Positions 9,801 to 24,800 of a DNA stretch of 64,000 nucleotides are shown here, in pieces. The position numbers and the translations under genes were made by a program. Each line of letters begins with the position of its first letter. The first letter of the stretch is position 1. The stretch is taken from positions 208,196,001 through 208,260,000 of the forward strand of contig JANJGN010000002.1 in NCBI GenBank assembly GCA_026770705.1, read 5' to 3'. The notes under the pieces were generated by a model. It was not told the DNA's origin. It did no database searches and saw only the letters and a list, made by a program, of their open reading frames with translations. Source of the stretch: Isurus oxyrinchus (taxonomy: Eukaryota).

Positions 9801-12800
9801 AGATATGCCATATTTGTAAGATGTCTTTTATAATATTGTTGTAGAATCATGGATGTGTTAATCATGATAGAATCCAAAAGGAAGTGTTGCAAACATGTGA
9901 TTTAAATTGTCAATGTATTCGCTTATTTTAATCAAACTGAGTGAGGATTGATTGGACTTTTATGTGCAGATATTGATGAATGTGCAATCAACACATCAAC
10001 CTGTCAACAAATCTGCACAAATACAATTGGAAGCTTCAATTGCAGTTGCCATCCTGGATTTAGTTTGTCACCAATGTGACAAACACCTCTCATTGTGATG
10101 GAAGGCAATCTTCAAACATGCAGATTGTGACAAACTGATGATTGGCATATCACACTGCATCCAACAGCTCCAAATGCTAGATGGCTATCAAGAAACTCTT
10201 TGTGTTAATTCACAAAAAACATTCAGGTTGATTACAATAATCTGTGTCTGTATGCAATCATTATAGGTTGATTGCACATTGTGGTTTCCATTGTGTTAAA
10301 TTTCTAGACTACAATGATGTTACATGTAGGATTAAAAATTTTAGATCAACTTTGCACTTCCGGACTTGCCATGAGCAAGGAATCCTGGTTGTTTTGCATC
10401 CATCGTGGGAGGAATGTTGTAGTTTGTTGAGGGCAGCAGCAGAATGTCCTAATCAAGAGAATCAATACATTAGTCACTGTGATCGGTCTGAGATCATTGC
10501 TCATTTCTGCATAGCTTGGAGTCTTGCACTTTCCTCTTCCATTGACTGGAAGAAACGCCCAGTTTCAATTTCACTGACCATTGAGCAATAATGATTTTGG
10601 AAATTAACATTTGAGGTGTTTTCCCATTGCCTACCTCGTGTGAATTTAGAAACGCAAGTCCTCTTCAAGGAATGGAAATTGAGAATCAGCCCTTGCCTAT
10701 GGTGTTCTAGTTCTTTCGCCATCACCACTGGAATTTGCTGCTTATGCTGATGGCCTTGGCTCATACCTTGGAGCATGTGACCCTGACCAGAACCTGGGGT
10801 GATGAGCAAAACGGCAGGCACAACAACCCCTAAGGTCTGCAAAGACACAACCACAAATAGACTTTTTTCTACAAGTATTGCTGAATGCGCAATCAACATA
10901 TCAAGATGTCAACAAATCTGTGACATACAAATGGCAGCTTTACAATGCTGTTGCCATCCAGACTACAGCACCAAAATCTTCACTATGTGATGGTCTGAAA
11001 TGTTTAAGCGCAAATCTTTATGGGTTGGAGCAAATAATACATGGCTCATTCAGAATTAGAAAATGAATGGATCACAACAATAATCTGCGCCACATCACAA
11101 TAGGGATCTTCTGGCAGCAGAATGTTGTGTTGGAGTTAAGCCATCATTGCTAAGAGATTGTTAAAAAGTTCCCCAATTTCTGATAAACGGCCCGAAATTT
11201 GCACGTCTGGATTTGCCATTATTTAATATTGTTGAGCCTCAGCCTACAAAGCGGCTGTCACGTTGCAGGTTAGAGGGCACAGAAACATGGTCTCATGGCC
11301 AAAAACAACAGTACAATAATTTAGCCATTATATGGCCATCTGTTATATTAGACGGAGAAGTGAAACTAAATATATTGCTCTTCAAATACAAGAAAAACAA
11401 CATTATAGAGGCTAGAAGGATGTGTTGAAAACACGTGAAACTGTGTGGTGAAATGTGAATCAACTAAGCAAGGAATAATTTGATATAATTCTTGCAGATA
11501 TTGATGAATGTGCAACCAGCACATCAACCTGTCATCAAATCTGTACCAATACAATTGGAAGCTTCAATTGCAGTTGCCGTCCTGGGTTTACCACCAATGT
11601 TACAAACGCTTCTCTTTGTGATGGTAGGCACTCTTCACATAAACAGATTCTCTGTTATTGATTGTTTGTGAATTGCGCTTCGTTGAACATCTATCACAAT
11701 ATTGCAAATCTAATTGGCTTCAAGCAAGACTTGGTGCTCCTTAGTAACTAAATAATCAGAAGCTAAATAAAATGTTTAGTAGCGCTTTATGAAGGGATAT
11801 TTTGTATTTGGCAGATATCACTGATGATATTGCTGTTGAATTACACAAATGTTGAATATTATACAATTCAAAAGTAAGTGTTGCAAACGTGATTTAAGTT
11901 GCCAATACCTGCTTTCATGTCAATCAAACTGAGCGAGGAATAATTGGACATTGTTTTGCAGATATTGATGAATGTGCAACCAACACATCAACCTGTCAAC
12001 AAATCTGCACCAATACGTTTGGAAGCTTCAATTGCAGTTGCGATCCTGGATTTGGCACCAATGTGACAAACACTTCTCTTTGTGATGGTAGGCAATTTTG
12101 AAACAATCAGACCCCTGCAATAATAACAAAAATAGCTGGAAAAACTCAGCAGGTCTGGTAGCGTCTGTGGAGAGGAAGACAGAGTTAATGTTTTGAGTCC
12201 GTTTGACACTTCACATTTCTCTTCATTCTGATGAAGACGCATACAGACTCGAAACGTTAACCCTGACTTCCTCTCCACATATGCTGTGAGACCTGTTGAG
12301 TTTATTCAGCTACTTATGTTTATGTTTTTGTTTCAGACTTCCAGCATCTGCAGTATTTTGCTTTTGATCCCTGCAATTGATGATTTGTGAATTGCGTTTC
12401 ACTGAACAGCTATCAGAAGATTGCTAATTGTCTTCATGCAAAGTCTTGGTGCGCCCTAATAATTAATAATAAGAAGCTGACAATATATGTAGTAATGCTT
12501 TGTAATGAGATATACCATATTTGGAAGATGTCTTTTATAAAATTGTTGTTGAATCATGGATGTGTTAATCAGGATGGAATCCAAAAGGAAGTGTTGCAAA
12601 CATGTGATTTAAATTGTCAATGTATTTTAATCGAACTGAGTGAGGATTGATTGGACTTTTTTGTGCAGATATTGATGAATGTGCAATCAACACATCAACC
12701 TGTCAACAAATCTGCACGAATACAATTGGAAGCTTCAATTGCAGTTGCCATCCTGGATTTAGCACCAATGTGACAAACACTTCTCTTTGTGATGGTAGGT

Positions 12801-15800
12801 AACCTTCAAACATGCAGATTGTGACAAACTGATGATTGGCATATCACAATATATACAACTGCTGCTAATGCTAGATGGCTATCAAAAATCTCTTTGTGTT
12901 ACTTCACAGAAAAACACTCAGAGGTTGATAACAATAATCTATGTAATTGTACATCGTGGTTTCCATTGTGTTAAAGTCATAGACTACAATGATATTACAT
13001 GTATGATTCTGAATTTTGTATCAAAAGCACGTTCTTTGTGCTTCGGGACTTGCCATGAGCCAGGGATCCTGGTTGTTTTGCAACCATGGTGATAGGAATG
13101 TTGTAGTTTGTTGAGGGCAGCAGCAGAATGTCCTAGCCAGAGAATCAATAAATTAGTCATTGTGATCTGTCTGAAATTTTTGCTGATTTCTGCATTGTGT
13201 GGAATCTTGCACTCTCCTCTTACATTGCTTGCAAGAAATGCCCATTTTCAATTTCATTGATCATTGAGCAATATGATTTTGGAAATTAATATTTGAGGTG
13301 TTTTCCCAGTGCCTACCTCATGTGTGAATGTAGAAACTCAAGTCCTCTTCACAGAATGGATATTGAGAATCAGCCCTTGCCTATGATATTCTCAATCTTT
13401 CGCCATCACCACTGGAATTTGCTGCTTATGCTGATGGCCTTTGCTCATACCTTGGAGCATATGACACTGACCTGAGCCTGGGGTGATGAGCAAAAGGGCA
13501 GGCACAATGACCCCTGAGGTCTGCAATGACCCTGACACAATCACAAATAGAATTTCTTCTACAAGTATCAATGAATGTGCAATCAACACATCAGGATGTC
13601 AACAAATCTGCACCAATACAATTGGGAGCTTTACATGCTGTTGCCATCTAGGCTTCAGCACCAAAATTTTCGCTTTGTGATGGTCTGAAATGTTTAAGCA
13701 CAAATGTTGAAGCAAATAATACGTGGCTCATTCAGAATTAGGAAAAGAATGGATCACGACAATAATCTATGCTAAAACACAATAGGGATCTTCTGGAAGC
13801 AAAATGTTGTGTTGGAGTAAAGCAGTCATTACTGGGAGATTATTAAAAAGTTCCCCAATTTCTGATAAATGGCTTGCACTTTGCACTTCAGGACTTGCCA
13901 TTATTTAACATTGTTGAGCCGAAGCCTACTAAGTAGCTGTAACATTGTAGGTTAGAGAGCACAGAAGAAAAGTTTCATGGCCAAAAACAACAAATCAATA
14001 ATTTAGTCATTATATGGCCAGCTGTTATATTTGACGGAGAATTGAAACTAAATATATTGCTCTTGAAATACAGAGTAAACCAACATTATAGAGGCTAGAA
14101 GGATGTGTTGAAAACATGTGAAATGTATGGTCAAATATGAATCAACTAAGCAAGGAATAATTTGATATATTTCTTGCAGATATTGATGAATGTGCAACCA
14201 ACACATCAACCTGTCATCAAATCTGTACCAATACAATTGGAAGCTTCAGTTGCAGTTGCCGTCCTGGGTTTACCACCAATGTTACAAATACTTCTCTTTG
14301 TGATGGTAGGCGCTCTTCACATGAACAGATTCTCCGTTATTGATTGTCTGTGAATTGCGCTTCATCAAACATCTGTCACTATATTGCAAATCTAATTGGC
14401 TTCAAGTAAGACTTGATACTCCTTAGTAACTAAATAATCAGAAGCTAAATAATATGATTAGTTGCGCTTTATGAAGGGCTATTTTATATTTGGATAATGT
14501 CACTGATGATATTGCAGTTGAATTTGAGAAATGTTGAATATTATACAATTCAAAAGTAAGTGTTGCAAACATGTGATTTAAGTTGTCAATGCCTGCTTTC
14601 ATGTCAATCAAACTGAGTGAGGAATAATTGGACATTGTTTTGCAGATATTGATGAATGTGCAACCAACACATCAACCTGTCAACAAATCTGCACCAATAC
14701 AATTGGAAACTTCAATTGCAGTTGCGATCCTGGCTTTAGCACCAATGTGACAAACACTTCTCTTTGTGATGGTAGGCAACATTCAAACAATCAGACCACT
14801 GAAATAAAAGCAAAAATAGATGCCAAAACTCAGTAGGTCTGACAACATCTGTGGCGAAGAAAACAGAGTTATCGTTTTGAGTCTGTATGACTCGTCACAT
14901 TTCTCTTCATTCTGATGCAGACTCATACGGACTCGAAACGTTAACCCTGACTTCCTCTCAACAAATGACTTGCTGAGTTTTTCCAGCTATTTATGTTTCT
15001 GTTTCAGATTTCCAGCATCTGCAGTATTTTGCTTTTGATCCCTGCAATTGATGTTTTGTGAATTGCGTTTCACGGAACAGCTATCTGTACATTGCTAATT
15101 GTCTTCACGCAAAGACTTGGTGCACTGTAATAATTAAGTAAAAAGAAGCTGACAATATATGTAATTATGCTGTGTAATGAGATATGCCATATTTGTAAGA
15201 TGTCTTTTATAATATTGTTGTAGAATCATGGATGTGTTAATCATGATAGAATCCAAAAGGAAGTGTTGCAAACATGTGATTTAAATTGTCAATGTATTCG
15301 CTTATTTTAATCAAACTGAGTGAGGATTGATTGGACTTTTATGTGCAGATATTGATGAATGTGCAATCAACACATCAACCTGTCAACAAATCTGCACAAA
15401 TACAATTGGAAGCTTCAATTGCAGTTGCCATCCTGGATTTAGTTTGTCACCAATGTGACAAACACCTCTCATTGTGATGGAAGGCAATCTTCAAACATGC
15501 AGATTGTGACAAACTGATGATTGGCATATCACACTGCATCCAACAGCTCCAAATGCTAGATGGCTATCAAGAAACTCTTTGTGTTAATTCACAAAAAACA
15601 TTCAGGTTGATTACAATAATCTGTGTCTGTATGCAATCATTATAGGTTGATTGCACATTGTGGTTTCCATTGTGTTAAATTTCTAGACTACAATGATGTT
15701 ACATGTAGGATTAAAAATTTTAGATCAACTTTGCACTTCCGGACTTGCCATGAGCAAGGAATCCTGGTTGTTTTGCATCCATCGTGGGAGGAATGTTGTA

Positions 15801-18800
15801 GTTTGTTGAGGGCAGCAGCAGAATGTCCTAATCAAGAGAATCAATACATTAGTCACTGTGATCGGTCTGAGATCATTGCTCATTTCTGCATAGCTTGGAG
15901 TCTTGCACTTTCCTCTTCCATTGACTGGAAGAAACGCCCAGTTTCAATTTCACTGACCATTGAGCAATAATGATTTTGGAAATTAACATTTGAGGTGTTT
16001 TCCCATTGCCTACCTCGTGTGAATTTAGAAACGCAAGTCCTCTTCAAGGAATGGAAATTGAGAATCAGCCCTTGCCTATGGTGTTCTAGTTCTTTCGCCA
16101 TCACCACTGGAATTTGCTGCTTATGCTGATGGCCTTGGCTCATACCTTGGAGCATGTGACCCTGACCAGAACCTGGGGTGATGAGCAAAACGGCAGGCAC
16201 AACAACCCCTAAGGTCTGCAAAGACACAACCACAAATAGACTTTTTTCTACAAGTATTGCTGAATGCGCAATCAACATATCAAGATGTCAACAAATCTGT
16301 GACATACAAATGGCAGCTTTACAATGCTGTTGCCATCCAGACTACAGCACCAAAATCTTCACTATGTGATGGTCTGAAATGTTTAAGCGCAAATCTTTAT
16401 GGGTTGGAGCAAATAATACATGGCTCATTCAGAATTAGAAAATGAATGGATCACAACAATAATCTGCGCCACATCACAATAGGGATCTTCTGGCAGCAGA
16501 ATGTTGTGTTGGAGTTAAGCCATCATTGCTAAGAGATTGTTAAAAAGTTCCCCAATTTCTGATAAACGGCCCGAAATTTGCACGTCTGGATTTGCCATTA
16601 TTTAATATTGTTGAGCCTCAGCCTACAAAGCGGCTGTCACGTTGCAGGTTAGAGGGCACAGAAACATGGTCTCATGGCCAAAAACAACAGTACAATAATT
16701 TAGCCATTATATGGCCATCTGTTATATTAGACGGAGAAGTGAAACTAAATATATTGCTCTTCAAATACAAGAAAAACAACATTATAGAGGCTAGAAGGAT
16801 GTGTTGAAAACACGTGAAACTGTGTGGTGAAATGTGAATCAACTAAGCAAGGAATAATTTGATATAATTCTTGCAGATATTGATGAATGTGCAACCAGCA
16901 CATCAACCTGTCATCAAATCTGTACCAATACAATTGGAAGCTTCAATTGCAGTTGCCGTCCTGGGTTTACCACCAATGTTACAAACGCTTCTCTTTGTGA
17001 TGGTAGGCACTCTTCACATAAACAGATTCTCTGTTATTGATTGTTTGTGAATTGCGCTTCGTTGAACATCTATCACAATATTGCAAATCTAATTGGCTTC
17101 AAGCAAGACTTGGTGCTCCTTAGTAACTAAATAATCAGAAGCTAAATAAAATGTTTAGTAGCGCTTTATGAAGGGATATTTTGTATTTGGCAGATATCAC
17201 TGATGATATTGCTGTTGAATTACACAAATGTTGAATATTATACAATTCAAAAGTAAGTGTTGCAAACGTGATTTAAGTTGCCAATACCTGCTTTCATGTC
17301 AATCAAACTGAGCGAGGAATAATTGGACATTGTTTTGCAGATATTGATGAATGTGCAACCAACACATCAACCTGTCAACAAATCTGCACCAATACGTTTG
17401 GAAGCTTCAATTGCAGTTGCGATCCTGGATTTGGCACCAATGTGACAAACACTTCTCTTTGTGATGGTAGGCAATTTTGAAACAATCAGACCCCTGCAAT
17501 AATAACAAAAATAGCTGGAAAAACTCAGCAGGTCTGATAGCGTCTGTGGAGAGGAAGACAGAGTTAATGTTTTGAGTCCGTTTGACACTTCACATTTCTC
17601 TTCATTCTGATGAAGACGCATACAGACTCGAAACGTTAACCCTGACTTCCTCTCCACATATGCTGTGAGACCTGTTGAGTTTATTCAGCTACTTATGTTT
17701 ATGTTTTTGTTTCAGACTTCCAGCATCTGCAGTATTTTGCTTTTGATCCCTGCAATTGATGATTTGTGAATTGCGTTTCACTGAACAGCTATCAGAAGAT
17801 TGCTAATTGTCTTCATGCAAAGTCTTGGTGCGCCCTAATAATTAATAATAAGAAGCTGACAATATATGTAGTAATGCTTTGTAATGAGATATACCATATT
17901 TGGAAGATGTCTTTTATAAAATTGTTGTTGAATCATGGATGTGTTAATCAGGATGGAATCCAAAAGGAAGTGTTGCAAACATGTGATTTAAATTGTCAAT
18001 GTATTTTAATCGAACTGAGTGAGGATTGATTGGACTTTTTTGTGCAGATATTGATGAATGTGCAATCAACACATCAACCTGTCAACAAATCTGCACGAAT
18101 ACAATTGGAAGCTTCAATTGCAGTTGCCATCCTGGATTTAGCACCAATGTGACAAACACTTCTCTTTGTGATGGTAGGTAACCTTCAAACATGCAGATTG
18201 TGACAAACTGATGATTGGCATATCACAATATATACAACTGCTGCTAATGCTAGATGGCTATCAAAAATCTCTTTGTGTTACTTCACAGAAAAACACTCAG
18301 AGGTTGATAACAATAATCTATGTAATTGTACATCGTGGTTTCCATTGTGTTAAAGTCATAGACTACAATGATATTACATGTATGATTCTGAATTTTGTAT
18401 CAAAAGCACGTTCTTTGTGCTTCGGGACTTGCCATGAGCCAGGGATCCTGGTTGTTTTGCAACCATGGTGATAGGAATGTTGTAGTTTGTTGAGGGCAGC
18501 AGCAGAATGTCCTAGCCAGAGAATCAATAAATTAGTCATTGTGATCTGTCTGAAATTTTTGCTGATTTCTGCATTGTGTGGAATCTTGCACTCTCCTCTT
18601 ACATTGCTTGCAAGAAATGCCCATTTTCAATTTCATTGATCATTGAGCAATATGATTTTGGAAATTAATATTTGAGGTGTTTTCCCAGTGCCTACCTCAT
18701 GTGTGAATGTAGAAACTCAAGTCCTCTTCACAGAATGGATATTGAGAATCAGCCCTTGCCTATGATATTCTCAATCTTTCGCCATCACCACTGGAATTTG

Positions 18801-21800
18801 CTGCTTATGCTGATGGCCTTTGCTCATACCTTGGAGCATATGACACTGACCTGAGCCTGGGGTGATGAGCAAAAGGGCAGGCACAATGACCCCTGAGGTC
18901 TGCAATGACCCTGACACAATCACAAATAGAATTTCTTCTACAAGTATCAATGAATGTGCAATCAACACATCAGGATGTCAACAAATCTGCACCAATACAA
19001 TTGGGAGCTTTACATGCTGTTGCCATCTAGGCTTCAGCACCAAAATTTTCGCTTTGTGATGGTCTGAAATGTTTAAGCACAAATGTTGAAGCAAATAATA
19101 CGTGGCTCATTCAGAATTAGGAAAAGAATGGATCACGACAATAATCTATGCTAAAACACAATAGGGATCTTCTGGAAGCAAAATGTTGTGTTGGAGTAAA
19201 GCAGTCATTACTGGGAGATTATTAAAAAGTTCCCCAATTTCTGATAAATGGCTTGCACTTTGCACTTCAGGACTTGCCATTATTTAACATTGTTGAGCCG
19301 AAGCCTACTAAGTAGCTGTAACATTGTAGGTTAGAGAGCACAGAAGAAAAGTTTCATGGCCAAAAACAACAAATCAATAATTTAGTCATTATATGGCCAG
19401 CTGTTATATTTGACGGAGAATTGAAACTAAATATATTGCTCTTGAAATACAGAGTAAACCAACATTATAGAGGCTAGAAGGATGTGTTGAAAACATGTGA
19501 AATGTATGGTCAAATATGAATCAACTAAGCAAGGAATAATTTGATATATTTCTTGCAGATATTGATGAATGTGCAACCAACACATCAACCTGTCATCAAA
19601 TCTGTACCAATACAATTGGAAGCTTCAGTTGCAGTTGCCGTCCTGGGTTTACCACCAATGTTACAAATACTTCTCTTTGTGATGGTAGGCGCTCTTCACA
19701 TGAACAGATTCTCCGTTATTGATTGTCTGTGAATTGCGCTTCATCAAACATCTGTCACTATATTGCAAATCTAATTGGCTTCAAGTAAGACTTGATACTC
19801 CTTAGTAACTAAATAATCAGAAGCTAAATAATATGATTAGTTGCGCTTTATGAAGGGCTATTTTATATTTGGATAATGTCACTGATGATATTGCAGTTGA
19901 ATTTGAGAAATGTTGAATATTATACAATTCAAAAGTAAGTGTTGCAAACATGTGATTTAAGTTGTCAATGCCTGCTTTCATGTCAATCAAACTGAGTGAG
20001 GAATAATTGGACATTGTTTTGCAGATATTGATGAATGTGCAACCAACACATCAACCTGTCAACAAATCTGCACCAATACAATTGGAAACTTCAATTGCAG
20101 TTGCGATCCTGGCTTTAGCACCAATGTGACAAACACTTCTCTTTGTGATGGTAGGCAACATTCAAACAATCAGACCACTGAAATAAAAGCAAAAATAGAT
20201 GCCAAAACTCAGTAGGTCTGACAACATCTGTGGCGAAGAAAACAGAGTTATCGTTTTGAGTCTGTATGACTCGTCACATTTCTCTTCATTCTGATGCAGA
20301 CTCATACGGACTCGAAACGTTAACCCTGACTTCCTCTCAACAAATGACTTGCTGAGTTTTTCCAGCTATTTATGTTTCTGTTTCAGATTTCCAGCATCTG
20401 CAGTATTTTGCTTTTGATCCCTGCAATTGATGTTTTGTGAATTGCGTTTCACGGAACAGCTATCTGTACATTGCTAATTGTCTTCACGCAAAGACTTGGT
20501 GCACTGTAATAATTAAGTAAAAAGAAGCTGACAATATATGTAATTATGCTGTGTAATGAGATATGCCATATTTGTAAGATGTCTTTTATAATATTGTTGT
20601 AGAATCATGGATGTGTTAATCATGATAGAATCCAAAAGGAAGTGTTGCAAACATGTGATTTAAATTGTCAATGTATTCGCTTATTTTAATCAAACTGAGT
20701 GAGGATTGATTGGACTTTTATGTGCAGATATTGATGAATGTGCAATCAACACATCAACCTGTCAACAAATCTGCACAAATACAATTGGAAGCTTCAATTG
20801 CAGTTGCCATCCTGGATTTAGTTTGTCACCAATGTGACAAACACCTCTCATTGTGATGGAAGGCAATCTTCAAACATGCAGATTGTGACAAACTGATGAT
20901 TGGCATATCACACTGCATCCAACAGCTCCAAATGCTAGATGGCTATCAAGAAACTCTTTGTGTTAATTCACAAAAAACATTCAGGTTGATTACAATAATC
21001 TGTGTCTGTATGCAATCATTATAGGTTGATTGCACATTGTGGTTTCCATTGTGTTAAATTTCTAGACTACAATGATGTTACATGTAGGATTAAAAATTTT
21101 AGATCAACTTTGCACTTCCGGACTTGCCATGAGCAAGGAATCCTGGTTGTTTTGCATCCATCGTGGGAGGAATGTTGTAGTTTGTTGAGGGCAGCAGCAG
21201 AATGTCCTAATCAAGAGAATCAATACATTAGTCACTGTGATCGGTCTGAGATCATTGCTCATTTCTGCATAGCTTGGAGTCTTGCACTTTCCTCTTCCAT
21301 TGACTGGAAGAAACGCCCAGTTTCAATTTCACTGACCATTGAGCAATAATGATTTTGGAAATTAACATTTGAGGTGTTTTCCCATTGCCTACCTCGTGTG
21401 AATTTAGAAACGCAAGTCCTCTTCAAGGAATGGAAATTGAGAATCAGCCCTTGCCTATGGTGTTCTAGTTCTTTCGCCATCACCACTGGAATTTGCTGCT
21501 TATGCTGATGGCCTTGGCTCATACCTTGGAGCATGTGACCCTGACCAGAACCTGGGGTGATGAGCAAAACGGCAGGCACAACAACCCCTAAGGTCTGCAA
21601 AGACACAACCACAAATAGACTTTTTTCTACAAGTATTGCTGAATGCGCAATCAACATATCAAGATGTCAACAAATCTGTGACATACAAATGGCAGCTTTA
21701 CAATGCTGTTGCCATCCAGACTACAGCACCAAAATCTTCACTATGTGATGGTCTGAAATGTTTAAGCGCAAATCTTTATGGGTTGGAGCAAATAATACAT

Positions 21801-24800
21801 GGCTCATTCAGAATTAGAAAATGAATGGATCACAACAATAATCTGCGCCACATCACAATAGGGATCTTCTGGCAGCAGAATGTTGTGTTGGAGTTAAGCC
21901 ATCATTGCTAAGAGATTGTTAAAAAGTTCCCCAATTTCTGATAAACGGCCCGAAATTTGCACGTCTGGATTTGCCATTATTTAATATTGTTGAGCCTCAG
22001 CCTACAAAGCGGCTGTCACGTTGCAGGTTAGAGGGCACAGAAACATGGTCTCATGGCCAAAAACAACAGTACAATAATTTAGCCATTATATGGCCATCTG
22101 TTATATTAGACGGAGAAGTGAAACTAAATATATTGCTCTTCAAATACAAGAAAAACAACATTATAGAGGCTAGAAGGATGTGTTGAAAACACGTGAAACT
22201 GTGTGGTGAAATGTGAATCAACTAAGCAAGGAATAATTTGATATAATTCTTGCAGATATTGATGAATGTGCAACCAGCACATCAACCTGTCATCAAATCT
22301 GTACCAATACAATTGGAAGCTTCAATTGCAGTTGCCGTCCTGGGTTTACCACCAATGTTACAAACGCTTCTCTTTGTGATGGTAGGCACTCTTCACATAA
22401 ACAGATTCTCTGTTATTGATTGTTTGTGAATTGCGCTTCGTTGAACATCTATCACAATATTGCAAATCTAATTGGCTTCAAGCAAGACTTGGTGCTCCTT
22501 AGTAACTAAATAATCAGAAGCTAAATAAAATGTTTAGTAGCGCTTTATGAAGGGATATTTTGTATTTGGCAGATATCACTGATGATATTGCTGTTGAATT
22601 ACACAAATGTTGAATATTATACAATTCAAAAGTAAGTGTTGCAAACGTGATTTAAGTTGCCAATACCTGCTTTCATGTCAATCAAACTGAGCGAGGAATA
22701 ATTGGACATTGTTTTGCAGATATTGATGAATGTGCAACCAACACATCAACCTGTCAACAAATCTGCACCAATACGTTTGGAAGCTTCAATTGCAGTTGCG
22801 ATCCTGGATTTGGCACCAATGTGACAAACACTTCTCTTTGTGATGGTAGGCAATTTTGAAACAATCAGACCCCTGCAATAATAACAAAAATAGCTGGAAA
22901 AACTCAGCAGGTCTGATAGCGTCTGTGGAGAGGAAGACAGAGTTAATGTTTTGAGTCCGTTTGACACTTCACATTTCTCTTCATTCTGATGAAGACGCAT
23001 ACAGACTCGAAACGTTAACCCTGACTTCCTCTCCACATATGCTGTGAGACCTGTTGAGTTTATTCAGCTACTTATGTTTATGTTTTTGTTTCAGACTTCC
23101 AGCATCTGCAGTATTTTGCTTTTGATCCCTGCAATTGATGATTTGTGAATTGCGTTTCACTGAACAGCTATCAGAAGATTGCTAATTGTCTTCATGCAAA
23201 GTCTTGGTGCGCCCTAATAATTAATAATAAGAAGCTGACAATATATGTAGTAATGCTTTGTAATGAGATATACCATATTTGGAAGATGTCTTTTATAAAA
23301 TTGTTGTTGAATCATGGATGTGTTAATCAGGATGGAATCCAAAAGGAAGTGTTGCAAACATGTGATTTAAATTGTCAATGTATTTTAATCGAACTGAGTG
23401 AGGATTGATTGGACTTTTTTGTGCAGATATTGATGAATGTGCAATCAACACATCAACCTGTCAACAAATCTGCACGAATACAATTGGAAGCTTCAATTGC
23501 AGTTGCCATCCTGGATTTAGCACCAATGTGACAAACACTTCTCTTTGTGATGGTAGGTAACCTTCAAACATGCAGATTGTGACAAACTGATGATTGGCAT
23601 ATCACAATATATACAACTGCTGCTAATGCTAGATGGCTATCAAAAATCTCTTTGTGTTACTTCACAGAAAAACACTCAGAGGTTGATAACAATAATCTAT
23701 GTAATTGTACATCGTGGTTTCCATTGTGTTAAAGTCATAGACTACAATGATATTACATGTATGATTCTGAATTTTGTATCAAAAGCACGTTCTTTGTGCT
23801 TCGGGACTTGCCATGAGCCAGGGATCCTGGTTGTTTTGCAACCATGGTGATAGGAATGTTGTAGTTTGTTGAGGGCAGCAGCAGAATGTCCTAGCCAGAG
23901 AATCAATAAATTAGTCATTGTGATCTGTCTGAAATTTTTGCTGATTTCTGCATTGTGTGGAATCTTGCACTCTCCTCTTACATTGCTTGCAAGAAATGCC
24001 CATTTTCAATTTCATTGATCATTGAGCAATATGATTTTGGAAATTAATATTTGAGGTGTTTTCCCAGTGCCTACCTCATGTGTGAATGTAGAAACTCAAG
24101 TCCTCTTCACAGAATGGATATTGAGAATCAGCCCTTGCCTATGATATTCTCAATCTTTCGCCATCACCACTGGAATTTGCTGCTTATGCTGATGGCCTTT
24201 GCTCATACCTTGGAGCATATGACACTGACCTGAGCCTGGGGTGATGAGCAAAAGGGCAGGCACAATGACCCCTGAGGTCTGCAATGACCCTGACACAATC
24301 ACAAATAGAATTTCTTCTACAAGTATCAATGAATGTGCAATCAACACATCAGGATGTCAACAAATCTGCACCAATACAATTGGGAGCTTTACATGCTGTT
24401 GCCATCTAGGCTTCAGCACCAAAATTTTCGCTTTGTGATGGTCTGAAATGTTTAAGCACAAATGTTGAAGCAAATAATACGTGGCTCATTCAGAATTAGG
24501 AAAAGAATGGATCACGACAATAATCTATGCTAAAACACAATAGGGATCTTCTGGAAGCAAAATGTTGTGTTGGAGTAAAGCAGTCATTACTGGGAGATTA
24601 TTAAAAAGTTCCCCAATTTCTGATAAATGGCTTGCACTTTGCACTTCAGGACTTGCCATTATTTAACATTGTTGAGCCGAAGCCTACTAAGTAGCTGTAA
24701 CATTGTAGGTTAGAGAGCACAGAAGAAAAGTTTCATGGCCAAAAACAACAAATCAATAATTTAGTCATTATATGGCCAGCTGTTATATTTGACGGAGAAT